A stretch of 58,680 nt of DNA, the filler included, from Malassezia furfur (Eukaryota), in NCBI GenBank assembly GCA_052055015.1. It is 6 parts of 6 records of this genome, joined end to end, with 100 filler letters (N's around TTAATTAATTAA, not from the genome) between each part and the next. Parts side by side here need not be neighbours in the genome. Positions count along the whole stretch, not along the records: positions 29,517 to 39,183 come from JBQJIT010000413.1; positions 39,284 to 48,940 come from JBQJIT010000414.1; 4 more parts are not named here. One strand, 5' to 3'. A program made the position numbers and the translations under genes. Below the pieces are notes generated by a model that was given only the letters and a program-made list of their open reading frames with translations, did not search any database and had not been told where the DNA came from. The first letter of the stretch is position 1, and each line of letters starts with the position of its first letter. Positions 30,553-42,390 of the stretch are shown here, piece by piece.

Positions 30553-32922
30553 TTATGTACTATATACGCGTTGCACCGCACGGCGGTGCTCGGGACGCAC
30601 CTCGTCGCCGCGCCCGAGGCGCGTCAGGCGGCGCGCACGCTGGAAGCGGATCGCGCGCAGGCAAAATTCGATCGCGTCCTCGGTGCGCGCCTTGCGCTGC
30701 TCGACCGCCGCCTGGAAGCAAAAGGCGAGCGGGAAGCGGTACGACAGCCAGAGGTAGAGCGACATGGAGCGGTGGTGCGACTCGAGGAGCATCAGCGTGT
30801 CGATCGTCAGCATCTCGGCATCGTCCGCATGCGTAAACAGCTCGAGCGGCTCGTGCGGCGTGTTCGCCTCGTCGCGCCGCTGCCGCGCACGCTGCATCGC
30901 ACCGACGACCGCCTCTTCGGTCTCGAGCGTGCCGAGCCCCGCGGCACACGACTCGAACGGGATCAGCGCTCCGCGTGCATACAGCGCGACGGCGTTGCCA
31001 AACCACGCCACCAGCCGCTCGTCGCGCAGATTCACCGGCGCATTCGCCCACTTCTCCTTCTCGGGGTGCGTGAGGCTGTTGCGGCTGCGCTGCTCGACGA
31101 TCGGCGCAATGGCCTGCTGTGATGCAAAGTTGGCCAGCGCAAACGACCGCGGCTCAATGTGCGCCAGGAGCGTCATGTCCTCGTACAGTGCCGCAAGCGC
31201 CCGCGCGCGGCGCCCGCGCGGCGCCGGCGCACGGCGTGCCTCGTCCTTGAGCGGCAGCAGCAGCGCAAGCGACTCGAGTAGCCCGCTCGCGGGCTGCAGC
31301 GCCGCGCGGCCGAGCGGCAGCGTGGGTGCAGCCAGCGCCGCACGCAGCATCGGCATGTCGTTCTCGTGGCGCGTGAGCGCCAGGCCTCCAGCGTTGCTGT
31401 CGTGCGTGCCGTAGCGCCCCGCTCGGCCCGCAATCTGCTTGATCTGCGAGATGGACAGGGGCACGTTTTCCGTGCCGTTCCACTTGGTCACTGCGTCAAA
31501 GATGACGCGGCGGATCTTGAGGTTGAGGCCCATGCCGATCGCATCGCTCGCGACCATCACATCGAGCTTGCCGGCATTGAACAGCTTCGCCTGCTCGCTC
31601 TTGGTCTCGGGCGGGAGGCTGCCGTACGCGACCGCACACTGCAGCCCGGTCTGCTCCTCGATCTGCTTCTTGAGCTGGAAGATGGCGCTCCGGCTGAACG
31701 CCACGACACAGTCCCCGCGCTGGATCTGCCGCAGATCGTTGCGCAGACTGTGCGGCGCAACAGCCAGCGGCGTGAGCCGCTCGTACTCGTGCACATGCAG
31801 CACGTCGCCACACAGCTGTGCGAGGCGCTGCACGAGCGGCACGGCACTCGCCTCGCCACACACATGCAGCTCCTTGGCCGCCAGGCCCAGCACCGCCTGC
31901 GTCCACGCCGAGCCGCGCTGCATGTCGGCGATCATCTGGATCTCGTCGACGACCGCGACGTCGTATGCGCTATTCGGGTCGGCCATCTCGACCGTGCACG
32001 ACACGAGCCCCGCGAGGGGGTCGACAATCTGCTGCTCCTCGCCCGTGCGCAGATTGCACGCGCGCGGCGGAATCGACGGCGCAATGGTCCCCTCGTTCAG
32101 ACGCTCCCACACTTCGTGCGCAAGCAGGCGCAGCGGGCCGCAGTACAGACCTGTGCGCGCACGCGACAGCGCCACCAGCGCACCGTGCGTTTTGCCCGAG
32201 TTGGTCGGGCCGACGTGCATGTGAATCTGGCGCGTAAGAGTGCGGGCAGTCGCATAGGCATTCTCGGGCACACGCAGGTCCGTCACGTCGTACAGCAGCT
32301 GGATCTGCCGTAGCGACGCATGCACTGCAACCGCGACCTCGGGCGCAAGACGCGAGGCGGTGCCGCGCACGAGCCGCGCGCGCAGCTCGCTCGTGAGCCA
32401 CGCCAGAAACGCGTGCACACACGCACGCTGGATCGCCAGCTCCCCGACGCCATCAAACTCGGCCGCGATCGCGGCGTACGGCGCAAACTGCTGCGACGAC
32501 ACACGCTTCGACGCGTGTGCTGCCGCCCAGCACTGCACCGCGGCGCGCGTGAGGGCGTGTGCGTCATCGGAGCGCAGCACACGCGCATCGACGCGCGCGC
32601 TGTCGCGGAGGCCGCGTGGCTGCGCGGAGAGCACGGCGTGCAACGCGCTGCGCTCCACACCGAGTCCGGCAAGGACGGCGATCGTCGTGTCATCGTCAGC
32701 GAGGTGGCGCGCCGTGTCGCCGATGCGCCTCTTGACGGACGCGACGGAAATCGGCTTGGGCGGCTCGGCGAGCTTGGGAACGGGACGGCGCGGCGGCGGC
32801 CGGCGCGCCTCTTTGGTGCGTGGCGCCGACGACGTGCGCCACCGGCACAGCAGTGGGGTATATGGCCGGAGCACGGCGCGCGCGCAGGCGCGCACGCTGG
32901 GCGTCGCGGCGTGCAGCGACAT
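30553..32922 (-). CDS. SUV3: Mitochondrial degradosome RNA helicase Suv3
   Basis: HVGPTNSGKT, GPLRLLAHE, DEIQMIAD.QRGSAWT, YGSLPPE, SDAIGMGLNL, QIAGRAGR; N-terminal presequence. Confidence 0.95.
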   Translation of the reverse strand: MSLHAATPSVRACARAVLRPYTPLLCRWRTSSAPRTKEARRPPPRRPVPKLAEPPKPISVASVKRRIGDTARHLADDDTTIAVLAGLGVERSALHAVLSAQPRGLRDSARVDARVLRSDDAHALTRAAVQCWAAAHASKRVSSQQFAPYAAIAAEFDGVGELAIQRACVHAFLAWLTSELRARLVRGTASRLAPEVAVAVHASLRQIQLLYDVTDLRVPENAYATARTLTRQIHMHVGPTNSGKTHGALVALSRARTGLYCGPLRLLAHEVWERLNEGTIAPSIPPRACNLRTGEEQQIVDPLAGLVSCTVEMADPNSAYDVAVVDEIQMIADMQRGSAWTQAVLGLAAKELHVCGEASAVPLVQRLAQLCGDVLHVHEYERLTPLAVAPHSLRNDLRQIQRGDCVVAFSRSAIFQLKKQIEEQTGLQCAVAYGSLPPETKSEQAKLFNAGKLDVMVASDAIGMGLNLKIRRVIFDAVTKWNGTENVPLSISQIKQIAGRAGRYGTHDSNAGGLALTRHENDMPMLRAALAAPTLPLGRAALQPASGLLESLALLLPLKDEARRAPAPRGRRARALAALYEDMTLLAHIEPRSFALANFASQQAIAPIVEQRSRNSLTHPEKEKWANAPVNLRDERLVAWFGNAVALYARGALIPFESCAAGLGTLETEEAVVGAMQRARQRRDEANTPHEPLELFTHADDAEMLTIDTLMLLESHHRSMSLYLWLSYRFPLAFCFQAAVEQRKARTEDAIEFCLRAIRFQRARRLTRLGRGDEVRPEHRRAVQRVYST

Positions 32923-32972
32923 GGCACAAGGCAAAAAACCGCGGCGCTTCCTGCCCCTCCACACTGGACGCG

Positions 32973-35197
32973 ATGAAGGTCGTGGGCCTGCTGTCTGGCG
33001 GCAAGGACAGCTGCTTCAACCTGTGCCACTGCGTGCTGCAGGGCCACGAGGTCGTCGCTGTCGCGACGCTTGCGCCGCCCGGCGGCAAAGGTACGCGTGC
33101 GCCCTCACACAGACGAAATCGACTCGTACATGTACCAGACCGTCGGGCATGACGCGGTGCAGGCGGTTGCCGACGCGCTGCAGGTGCCACTGTACCGCGC
33201 GCACATCACCGGCACGGCCGTGAACCAGGACGCGGTGTACGGTGCACGCGATCCGCGCACATCCGGCGCACAGGTGGGCGACGAGACCGAGGACCTGTAC
33301 CGCCTGCTCCAGACCGTCAAGGCGGCGCACCCGGACGTCGAAGGCGTGAGCGCCGGCGCGATCCTATCCAACTACCAGCGCGTGCGCGTCGAGCATGTGT
33401 ACGTCGCACCCTACTGACGCAGCGCGCGGCGCAGCGATCTGCAGCTCCAGCCCCTCGCATTCCTTTGGCAGCGCAACCAGGCGCATCTCTTAGACGAGAT
33501 GGTGCGCTCCGGCCTCGTTGCGGTCCTGCTCAAGGTTGCCGGCATCGGCCTCACCGAGCGCGACCTCGGCAAGACGCTGCAGCAGATGCAGCCGAAACTT
33601 GCGCAGCTCGTACGTACCTGCCTAACCCCAGAACGCACTGTACGGCGCGCATATTTGCGGCGAGGGCGGCGAATACGAGACGCTGACCATCGACGCACCG
33701 CTGTTTGCGAAGCAGATCGCCATGTACGTGTGTGACTTACGCAGCCACCAAACCGAGACGGTTGTGCATGCCGACGCGGCCTTTGCGAGCGTCAGCTACC
33801 TCCGTGTCCAAAAGACTGAGCTGATTCCCAAGCCGCCGGCGTCGTTTGGCCCGGACGCCGTGCGTGCGGCGCTGCAGGCACCGCCGCTCCTGGATCCAAT
33901 GGGCGAGCATACGTATGCTGTCGCACAGACGCACAGAGCGCAAGGACATGGAGATGCGCTGCCCGCGGCAACGTGTGCGGCAGAGCCCTTTGCGCCGGCC
34001 GTGTACGTCCGCGGCGCATGGCTGGCGGTCGGCGACGTGGCTGGCGTGCCGGAGGACGACTTTGCGCGCGAGACACACAGTGCGATGACGCGCCTCGCAG
34101 ATACGTTGGCGTCGCAAGGCTTCGCGATGACCGACGTGTGCCACGTCAACGTGTACCTTGCGTCGCAGTCGCTCTTCCCCGCGTTCAACGCCGTGTACTG
34201 CACGTTTTTCGGCGCCGCGCCGCCGTCGCGCGCGTGTGTTGCCGTGCCGCTGGGCTCGGGCGGCGCACGCGTTGCGCTCGATGCGGTCGCGTTCCATGAT
34301 ACCCAACCTTCGACACGCCGCGCGCTCCACGTCCAGAGCCTGAGCTACTGGGCCCCTGCGAACATTGGCCCCTACTCGCAGGCGGTGTGCACGGACCACC
34401 GCATCTGGATCGCCGGGCAGATCGGCATGGAGCCCGCGACGCTGCGTGTGCCGCCCGACGAGGCGCTGCAGCTCGCGCTCGCGCTGCAGCATGTGCGCCG
34501 CATCGTGCTGGCCGTGCGCGAGTGGAGCTATGCGCAGAGCGAGGGGTACGTCGAGGGCGGTCTCTGCTGGGTCGCGTCGCGGCATGCCGACACGCTGGGC
34601 GCTGCTGTTGCGCACGCCTGGGGCGAGGCGCACAGCGCCGCCACCGACGAAGACGACGCGGTGCATGCGCACCAGCAAGGCGTGGACGATACGACGTGGC
34701 TCGGTGAGGATCGCGCGCCCGGGGAGCTGCCGCTGCTCCTTGTGCGCCTCGCGGAGGATGCGCTGCCGAAGCATGCAGCGGTTGAGTGGCAGCTGACCGC
34801 GAGTGTGGGCCGCTCGCGCTTTGTTGAGGCGGACGACGACGAGGCGTACGCTGCGCCGAAGGCATGTGCCGGCACGTTTGTGCGTAGCGGCGTGCGGTGC
34901 ACCTACCGTCTGTCGCACGTGCCGATGCTCGACACGTTCCTGGGCGTCGCGACGCTGGAAGCGGCGTCGGATGCGGCGGACGAGGCGAACGAAGCAGCGG
35001 ACGTAGTGTGTGCGGCGCTCGCGCGGTCACTGCATATCCGACTGGTGCATTCGGCGGCACGGGCCGATGCCGATGCGCTGCTTTCGCGCGTGACGGAGCG
35101 CCGCGCGACGGCGCACATCCCCGCACACGGCTGGGCGCTGCCGGGCAGCGCATGGGCGTCGGGCGCGGGTGCGGCCGGCGTCGTGTTCCTCGGGTAG
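32973..35197 (+). CDS. DPH6: Diphthine-ammonia ligase with C-terminal Rid/YjgF domains, 4 introns
   Basis: LLSGGKDS, DEIDSYMYQTVGH, GAILSNYQRVRVE, CGEGGEYET, LHVQSLSYWAPANIGPYSQA. Introns 33091-33112, 33399-33422, 33610-33631 and 33724-33744. Confidence 0.95.
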
Positions 35198-35252
35198 GCG
35201 CCCCGAGCCACAGGGGGCGCAGCGCACAGCGCATTCGATACTACGTCGCTAG

Positions 35253-36704
35253 CTACTCCACCTTTTGCGGCACCTTGCTGGTGGACATGTAGATCCACTG
35301 CACACAGAACGCCACGAACCCGACCATGGTCGAGATCGCCCCCGCGACGTACGGCCACGAGCTGCTCAGCATGCGTGGGTACTCGTCGTGGTTGAACGGG
35401 CGCACGGGCGCCACGTCCTCGGTCAGGATGTACGTCCACCCGTGCCGCTTCCAGTTCACACGGAACGTAAACACGCCATGGCGGTCCGGCAGACGGAAGA
35501 CGCCCGAGTACCGCGTGACGTCGCCGACGACGCTCGCCTCGAGCGGCAGCGTCACGTACGGGTCGAGCATCGTGATCGCCAGCTGCAGGTCGAGGTCGGT
35601 CGGCGCGGCGGTCCAGCGGCCGTCGCGGTACTGCTGGACGTCCATCGTAAAGTAGACGCGGTCCTTGATGCGGTACATCTTGGTCGCGACGCCCACCTCC
35701 TCCTCGTAGTCGGGGCGCGTGTCGGCCTCCGACGCGCGGCACCGCTCGTGCGTCGAGCGGACGACACGGAGCACGCCGCGCTCCTGGAACGTCCACGCAG
35801 TGAGGTCGTCGACCACCGCACGGTGCACGCTGCGCGCCGCATCGTCCAGGGCGGCGTTCTGAAGCAGCTCGGTGCTGCCCACAAACACGACGCGCGCCGA
35901 GTTGGTGCGCAGCTGCACGGCGGACGCGAGCGCCGCCGTCGCATCCGGCGCGGTTGCGTCAAAGCCCACGAGCAGCTGCGCCGCGTCGCTGGGCTGCTCG
36001 AGCTGCGCGAGGTTCGTCAAGACGGCGTCGCTGCCCTTGCCCGACACCTTGGGCACCTCGGACTCGTACGCGGTCGACGGCGGGACGAGCAGCGGGAACG
36101 CGAGCGGGTTCGGCCCGATCCAGTGCGCAATGCCGCGGTAGGTCAGCGGCTGCGTCGCGAGCGCCGCGCGCGTCGCGTCGGAGAACACGACGGGGTTCGC
36201 TGCGCCGCCCGCGGAGAAGTGCGCACGGTGGCCGCCGACGAGTACGGCGGTGTGGTCGCCCGTGTCGTGCTCGCGGTCGTAGCCAAAGTGGTCCACGAGG
36301 CTCGTGCCGCGCTCGGCGAATTCGAGCGAAAACTCGCGCGCAAAGTCGCGCCAGGCCTCGGAGAGCGACGGCGAGAGGGCGACGAACAGGTTGCCGCCGT
36401 CCTCGGCGAAGCGCACGAGCGCCTGCGGCGCAAGCGCGCCCTTGAGCCCCTTGAGCTCGGGCACGAGCAGCGCGATGTGATCAAACGCGCGCTCGCCGTA
36501 GTCGTACAGCGCATTGTCCTTCTTGACCGACGCAGGGTCGCGCAGCGTCACTTCGTACCCCCGGCTGTCCAGGCTCTCGAGGAAGCGCGCATACGACGGC
36601 CGTGCGTCAGACTCGACAACAACAAGCAAGCGGTTGCCCGCGGCGCCCGCGAGCACCACGCGCGCGGCGACGGCCAGCACGCCCAGCAACCAACACGACC
36701 ACAT
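35253..36704 (-). CDS. WBP1: Oligosaccharyltransferase subunit Wbp1/OST48
   Basis: Signal peptide, ARVVFVGS, MLDPYV, FRLPDRHGVFTFRVNW.R.G.T, VRPFNHDEYPR and a C-terminal TM. Confidence 0.93.
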   Translation of the reverse strand: MWSCWLLGVLAVAARVVLAGAAGNRLLVVVESDARPSYARFLESLDSRGYEVTLRDPASVKKDNALYDYGERAFDHIALLVPELKGLKGALAPQALVRFAEDGGNLFVALSPSLSEAWRDFAREFSLEFAERGTSLVDHFGYDREHDTGDHTAVLVGGHRAHFSAGGAANPVVFSDATRAALATQPLTYRGIAHWIGPNPLAFPLLVPPSTAYESEVPKVSGKGSDAVLTNLAQLEQPSDAAQLLVGFDATAPDATAALASAVQLRTNSARVVFVGSTELLQNAALDDAARSVHRAVVDDLTAWTFQERGVLRVVRSTHERCRASEADTRPDYEEEVGVATKMYRIKDRVYFTMDVQQYRDGRWTAAPTDLDLQLAITMLDPYVTLPLEASVVGDVTRYSGVFRLPDRHGVFTFRVNWKRHGWTYILTEDVAPVRPFNHDEYPRMLSSSWPYVAGAISTMVGFVAFCVQWIYMSTSKVPQKVE

Positions 36705-36766
36705 GGCGGTCCGAGCTCGGTCCGACGGCGGCGGTGCCACGTGACTGCGTACGCCGCGCCACGACG

Positions 36767-38215
36767 ATGGCGGAACGCGGAGCCCCCGCGGCTGCGCGCG
36801 TGTCCGAGGGCGACGCGGGCACCAAGCCCGCGCACGATGAGAGCGCAAGCGGCGCGAGTACCAGTGCGGATGCAGACGCGCACAGCGACGCGGTGCGCGC
36901 GCTGCTCGCCGCGCACGAGGTGCCGTTCGTCGTGCACGACGACGCCGACGTGCACGAGAACGAGCTCGAGGAGTTCTACTCGTACGTCGAGGCGCCGCTC
37001 TTTGTCGAGAACCGCGAGAGCTGGCTGGAGTGGTGTGCGGCGCACTGGGACGCGGTCGTCCCCGCCGAGCACCGCCAGGACACATGGCCGGCGCTGCCGG
37101 CGCGCGTGCGGCGGCAGGTGCTGCAGCGGCTGCTCGCCGCGCTCGACCTGCAGGACCCTGCGGCGCGGCTGTGTGCGTCGCGCGCGCTGCTGTACCACCT
37201 GCAGGGCACGTTTGACGACGTGTCGAGCGACGACGAGCAGATGCACTGGGTGCGCGAGAATGCACAGCAGCTGCTGGACCTGGGCGGCGTGGACGACATT
37301 TTTGTCGCGGCGAAGCGCGCGTGCTGGAAGCACGAGTGGTTCAGTGCGCTGCCCGACTACCTACCGCCCGACGCGCGCGGTGAGGGGCGCGAGGCGCTGC
37401 TCACGCCCGAGACCAAGGCCGAGTACATGGAGGAGATCAACGTCGAGGTGACGGTGCACTTTGCGCAGCTGTACACCATCCTCGAGATGCTGCGGGGCGA
37501 CGACGCGCTCAGCGAGGCGCTCATGGCGCTCGACCCGCCGCTTCCCGTGTTCCTCTTCCGCCTCGTGGCGAACCTGCGCGAAAAGAGCATCAAGGGGTTC
37601 CCTGTGAAGAAGCTCGTGCTGCTCCTGTGGAAGTCGGTGCTCGCGACGCTCGGCGGCGCCAGTGCGATCGATTCGGCCAAGGCACGCACGCGCCAGAAAG
37701 AGGGTCTGGGCGCGCGCAGCAAGGACGCGATGCGCAGCCCGACGACCCCCGACGATATCCGGCAGTTTAGCGCCGAGCTCGCCGCCAAGTACCCGACGCT
37801 GCTGCACGCCGGTGCGCTGCAGCGGCTGCATGCCGCCGAGGAGCTTGCGATGGCGACGCAGCCGCTGCCTGCGCGCCACGCGCACGACGAGCACGCCGCG
37901 CCGCCGCCCTCGGCGGGCAACGGCAACGGCAACGGCAACGGCGCGTCGGCGCCGCTGCCGATGCGCCAGGGCAAGCTCAAGTTCCAGACGGACCAGTCGC
38001 GTCCGTTCGTCCTGCCGTACGCGCCCGAGCAGGCGATGCGCGACGCAGTGCCCGCGAGCATCCAAGAGGCGCTGCAGCTGTACGGCAGCCACCTGTACAT
38101 CGACACGGGCGTGTGGCAGACGTGTGCGGTGCGGGAACAGCTCGTGTCCGAGATGCAGGGCGACACGACGGATGCGGACGGGATGGAGGCGGCCGTGCGT
38201 GCGCTGTTGCTGTAA
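36767..38215 (+). CDS. FAR11: STRIPAK subunit Far11/STRIP, N1221 domain plus only the start of DUF3402 (appears truncated)
   Basis: DDADVHENELEEFYSYVE, RALLYHLQGTF, QMHWVRENA, KGFPVKKLVLLLWKSVL..LGG, FQTDQSRPF.LP, VPASIQEA..LY; then TAA. Confidence 0.82.
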   Translation: MAERGAPAAARVSEGDAGTKPAHDESASGASTSADADAHSDAVRALLAAHEVPFVVHDDADVHENELEEFYSYVEAPLFVENRESWLEWCAAHWDAVVPAEHRQDTWPALPARVRRQVLQRLLAALDLQDPAARLCASRALLYHLQGTFDDVSSDDEQMHWVRENAQQLLDLGGVDDIFVAAKRACWKHEWFSALPDYLPPDARGEGREALLTPETKAEYMEEINVEVTVHFAQLYTILEMLRGDDALSEALMALDPPLPVFLFRLVANLREKSIKGFPVKKLVLLLWKSVLATLGGASAIDSAKARTRQKEGLGARSKDAMRSPTTPDDIRQFSAELAAKYPTLLHAGALQRLHAAEELAMATQPLPARHAHDEHAAPPPSAGNGNGNGNGASAPLPMRQGKLKFQTDQSRPFVLPYAPEQAMRDAVPASIQEALQLYGSHLYIDTGVWQTCAVREQLVSEMQGDTTDADGMEAAVRALLL

Positions 38216-38251
38216 TCCCCACGTGGCCTCCACCTGTAGCGAGCGAAGCGA

Positions 38252-38262
38252 GAAAAAAAATT
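38252..38262 (+). promoter_or_regulatory. RRPE-like element upstream of UTP10
   Basis: GAAAAAAAATT in otherwise GC-rich DNA, about 35 nt before a ribosome-biogenesis gene. Confidence 0.55.
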
Positions 38263-38298
38263 ATTCGTGGCCGGCCGCGTGCCGGGTTGGTGGACACC

Positions 38299-39183
38299 AT
38301 GACGTCGCTGGCCACGCAGTTGGCGGGCCTTGCGGCGCAGCGCGCGGCGCGCACCGACGTAGCGAATGCGGTGCGCCAGCGCGACTCGTACCTGTTTACG
38401 CCGCGCGTCGCGGCGGAGCAGGACTATGCGACCGTGCACGCGCTCGGCGTGACGGGCTGGGAGCAGCTCGTGAACGAGGACGCGGCGCTCGCCGCGTTCC
38501 CGCACGCGGAGCTGCTGTTTGGCGACGAGAGCGTGCGCATGGACCGCGCGACGCTGCCTGCCGCGGAGAACGCGCGGCTGGACGCGGCGTGCACGGCGCT
38601 GCTGTACCTGCTGGGCCCCGTGCTGCTGTCGCGCAGTGCGGCCAAGTGCGTCGAGTGGCTCGTGCGGCGCTTTGCGGTGCATGTGCATGTGCCGCGCGTG
38701 GTGGTGCACGTCTTTTTGCCGTACCACACCACGCCGCAGTTTGCGCGCATGCTGCAGCTGCTCCCCGTGGACCGTGAGCCGGCGCTGCGCTTCCTCGCGC
38801 CGGTGAAGCAGGCGCAGACGCCGCTGCCGACCTCACTGCTGCTGCACGCGATGGCCGCGGACGACGACGTGCTGCGCCTCGTCGCGCAGACGCAGGCGCC
38901 CGCGGACGTGCCCGAGCGGCGCGTCCCGGTGACGTTCTGGACGGCGACGCTCGTGCAGTTCTGCGTGCAGCTCGGCGCGCCCGCGTCGCGCAAGCGCGCG
39001 CTGCCGGCCCACCGCGCACAGGAGGTGCTCGCCGTCGTGCTGCCCGAGACGCTGCGCCTGCTCGCGCCGCCCGTCGAGACCGAGGCGGCCGTCGGCGCGC
39101 TCATGGTGCTGTGCTCGCTGAGCACGGCGTTTGCGCTGTCGCCCGCGGCGGTGCGCGGCGTGCTCGAGAGCGTCGCGCGCGTC
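38299..39183 (+). CDS. UTP10: U3 snoRNP protein Utp10/HEATR1, 3'-partial
   Basis: MTSLATQL...SYLF.P..AA.QD, ENARLD, A.KCVEWLVRRFAVH, FLPYH.T..F.RMLQL. Confidence 0.92.
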
Positions 39184-39283
39184 NNNNNNNNNNNNNNNNN
39201 NNNNNNNNNNNNNNNNNNNNNNNNNNNTTAATTAATTAANNNNNNNNNNNNNNNNNNNNNNNNNNNNNNNNNNNNNNNNNNNN
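39184..39283. other. Artificial contig spacer
   Basis: N44-TTAATTAATTAA-N44. Confidence 0.99.
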
Positions 39284-39425
39284 CCGCGCCCCCACGCCGC
39301 CTGGCAAGCGCGCGGCGCTCGACACGCCCGCCACCGCGCCGTCCAGCGACCGCGTGTCGGGCGTGGAGCGCCTCCGCCGCCTGGTGGCATCCACGCAGCA
39401 GCTCCTCCGTAGCCCCAGCAGCTAG
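39284..39425 (+). CDS. Possible 3' end of an unidentified protein (partial)
   Basis: Frame ...DTPATAPSSDRVSGVERLRRLVASTQQLLRSPSS-TAG ends just before the CLC promoter motifs. Confidence 0.35.
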
Positions 39426-39484
39426 CCTGGCCGCGGCGTCTCCACCTCCACACGCGCGCGGTCCGCCGCGTCCTTCCTCGAGGC

Positions 39485-42390
39485 ATGGCAGGTGCGCAGG
39501 CGCCGACCGCGGCGGACGCGCCGAGCCCCGACGGTTTGCTGGAGCAGACCAAGCACTATGAGCGTGTACGTAAAGAGGCTCATACAGTTCACCACCGTCG
39601 ACTGGGTCGTCGATGGGCGCCGCGAGCGCGTCAAGATGATGCGCCAGGAAGAAGAGGTGCAGCGCCTCGCGGAGCAGATGCACGAGCGCGGATCGATGGC
39701 GTGGCGCGCGCTGAACCTGCTTGCGTCGCGCCTGCCGCTTGGCGAGTACATGCGTGCGGGCATGCAGCGCGTCGGCGCGTGGGCCGGCCCGTTTTTGTGG
39801 CAGCTGCACACGGTGTTGTTGTCCGCCGCTGAGAACGCCGTGGTGCTGCTCGTGGGTGCGTAGCGCGCGCAGACTGACGCAGGCATCCTGATTGGGCTCA
39901 ACATGGCCATCATCAGCGTGGTCACCGAGTGGGCCTCGGACCTGAAGCAGGGCTACTGCTCCACGGGCTGGTGGCTCAACAAGAAGTTTTGCTGCTGGGA
40001 GCAGATGGACCCCACCGGCCCCGGCGCGGCATCGGTGCCGGTCGGCATCGCTGCTGCGGCCGCGCAGGCGACGGCCACGGCGCCCTCGTCCACCATGACG
40101 CTCGTGAGCAGCGCCCTAGCGCACGCGACGCAACTCGCGCGGCGAGCCAACGGCACCGAACCGGCTGCGGTGGTGTCTGCCATGGAGGAGACGTGCGCCG
40201 AGTGGGTCGAGTGGTCACACTGGACGTTGCCCGCGTACGTGGTGTGGATCGCGATGTCGGTGCTGTTTGCGTCCGTGTGTGCGACGCTGGTCAAGCACTA
40301 TGCGCCGTACGCGGCGGGGAGCGGCATCAGCGAGATCAAGTGCGTGCTGTCCGGCTTCATCATCGACGGCTTTTTGAGTCTGTGGACGCTGGTCATCAAG
40401 AGCATTGGGCTGCCGTTGGCCATCGCGTCCGGCCTGAGCGTCGGCAAAGAGGGCCCGGCCGTGCACGTCGCGTGCTGCATGGGCAACGTCGTGGCCGGTG
40501 CGCTGCGTACGCTGGTGCCGAGCCAAGGTGCGTCGCTGTGCTAACCCAGCCAAGCTGCGCGAGCTGCTCACCGCGTCGAGCGCCGCGGGCGTCGCCGTCG
40601 CGTTCGGCTCGCCGATCGGCGGCGTGCTGTTTGCCCTCGAAGAGATGACGAGCCATTTCCCCGCATCGACCATGTGGCGCACGTTTCTGTGTGCGCTGGC
40701 GAGCACCGCGGCACTGTCGTTCATGAACCCGTTCCGCACGGGCAAGCTGGTCATGTTCCAGGTGGAGTACAGCCGCGACTGGCACTACTTTGAGCTGGTG
40801 TTCTACGTGGTGATCGGGATTATGGGCGGGCTGTACGGCGAGTACGTCGTGCGCTACAACCTCCAGGTCCAGCGCTTCCGCCGCAAGCGCCTCGCACAGC
40901 GCGGTGTCCAGGAAGCAGTCGTGCTGGCGCTGGTCACCGCACTCATCACCTACTTCAACCGCTTCCTGCGTCTCGACATGACCGAGTCGCTCGAGGTGCT
41001 CTTCCGCCAGTGCGAGGGTGCAAGCGACAGCGACGTGCTGTGCCTGTCGCGCGTGCAGTGGTCCATGGCGTTCTCGCTTTTTATGGCGACGGCGCTGCGC
41101 TTCGTGCTGGTGATCTTGTCGTACGGGTGCAAGGTGCCAGCCGGGATCTTTATCCCGTCGATGGCCGTCGGCGCGACCTTTGGACGCATGGTCGGCATCC
41201 TCGTCAAGGCGCTGCAGTCGGCGCACCCCGACTGGCGCCTGTTCAGCGCGTGCACCGCCGGCGAGCCGTGCATCACGCCGGGCACGTACGCGGTGATGGG
41301 CGCGGCCGGGGCGTTGGCGGGCGTTACGCGGATCACCGTCGCGGTGGTGGTCATCATGTTCGAGCTGACCGGCGCCTTGACCTACATCCTGCCCATCATG
41401 CTCGTCGTCGGCACCGCCAAGCTCGTGGCAGATTTGCACGGCAAAGGCGGCGTATCCGACCGGCTGATCAAGTTCAACGGCTTCCCCTACCTCGAGCAGG
41501 AAGACCACCTGTTCGGCACGAGCGTCGGGGCGCTCATCACGCACACGCCATCGGTGCTGTGCGCCAGCGGCGTGCGCCTCGACGAGGTGGAGGCGCTCCT
41601 TGCGCGCGGCACCTTCAAAGGCTTCCCCGTGGTACAGAGCCAAGAGGACCCGACGCTGCTGGGCTACGCGGCACGCAACGACCTGCGCTACGCGCTCGGC
41701 AAGGCCAAGCACCACCAGAAGCTCGCGCCCAGCACCGTGTGCCGCTTCCACCCCGGAAGCTCGGAAGAGTTTGCGCTCACCACCACGCAAACGCACGACG
41801 TGCCGCCGATGCGAGCGACGGGCGGCGGCGTGCCCGACTACGACGTGTGGGAGTCGCTGCGCTTCTTCAGCACCGCACGCGCGGCCGACGACGAGCGCGC
41901 GCGGCACGAGGCGGCGCTCGATGTCGGCGACGACGACGAGGCCGCTGCGCCGCCGCTCGCCACGCTCGAGCTCGGCGCATGGGTCGACCCGACGCCGCTG
42001 ATTGTGCAGCCCGACCTCGACTTGGAGGTGGTCGCGGAACTGTTCCGCCAGATGGGCCCGCGCGTGATCCTCGTGGTGGAGCGCGGCGCGCTGGTGGGCA
42101 TGGTCACGATCAAGGACCTGCTCAAGCACGTCGCGAGCAAGGAGTACGAGGAGCACCACGCGCGCGGTGCAGCGCTGCCCGTCACCACGGACGACACGCA
42201 GCCACACGAGTTCGACGTGGGCACGGGCGAGCTCGAGGCGATGCTCGACTCGCTCTGGCTGCGCTTCGAGGCGCTGGCGGCGCGTGTGCCGTGGCCTGGG
42301 CGCAGCGCGCCGGCTGCGCCGGCCGACCGCGTGCCGCTGAGGACCCTCTACGAGCACCATGATACCGAGGAGACAGAGCATGTACCATAG
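39485..42390 (+). CDS. GEF1: CLC-family Cl-/H+ exchanger with CBS domains (Gef1/ClC-3-like), 3 introns
   Basis: YERFTTVDW, GSGISE, GKEGP (gating Glu), FGSPIGGVLFALEE, PAGIFIPSM, FELTG. Introns 39566-39587, 39856-39882 and 40528-40549. Confidence 0.9.

Noticed and set aside
33970..35197. Apparent novel fusion of an ATP pyrophosphatase with Rid/YjgF domains
   Set aside because: This is the standard architecture of fungal Dph6.
37916..37942. (GGCAAC)n repeat in FAR11
   Set aside because: Ordinary coding microsatellite encoding GNGNGNGNG in a linker.
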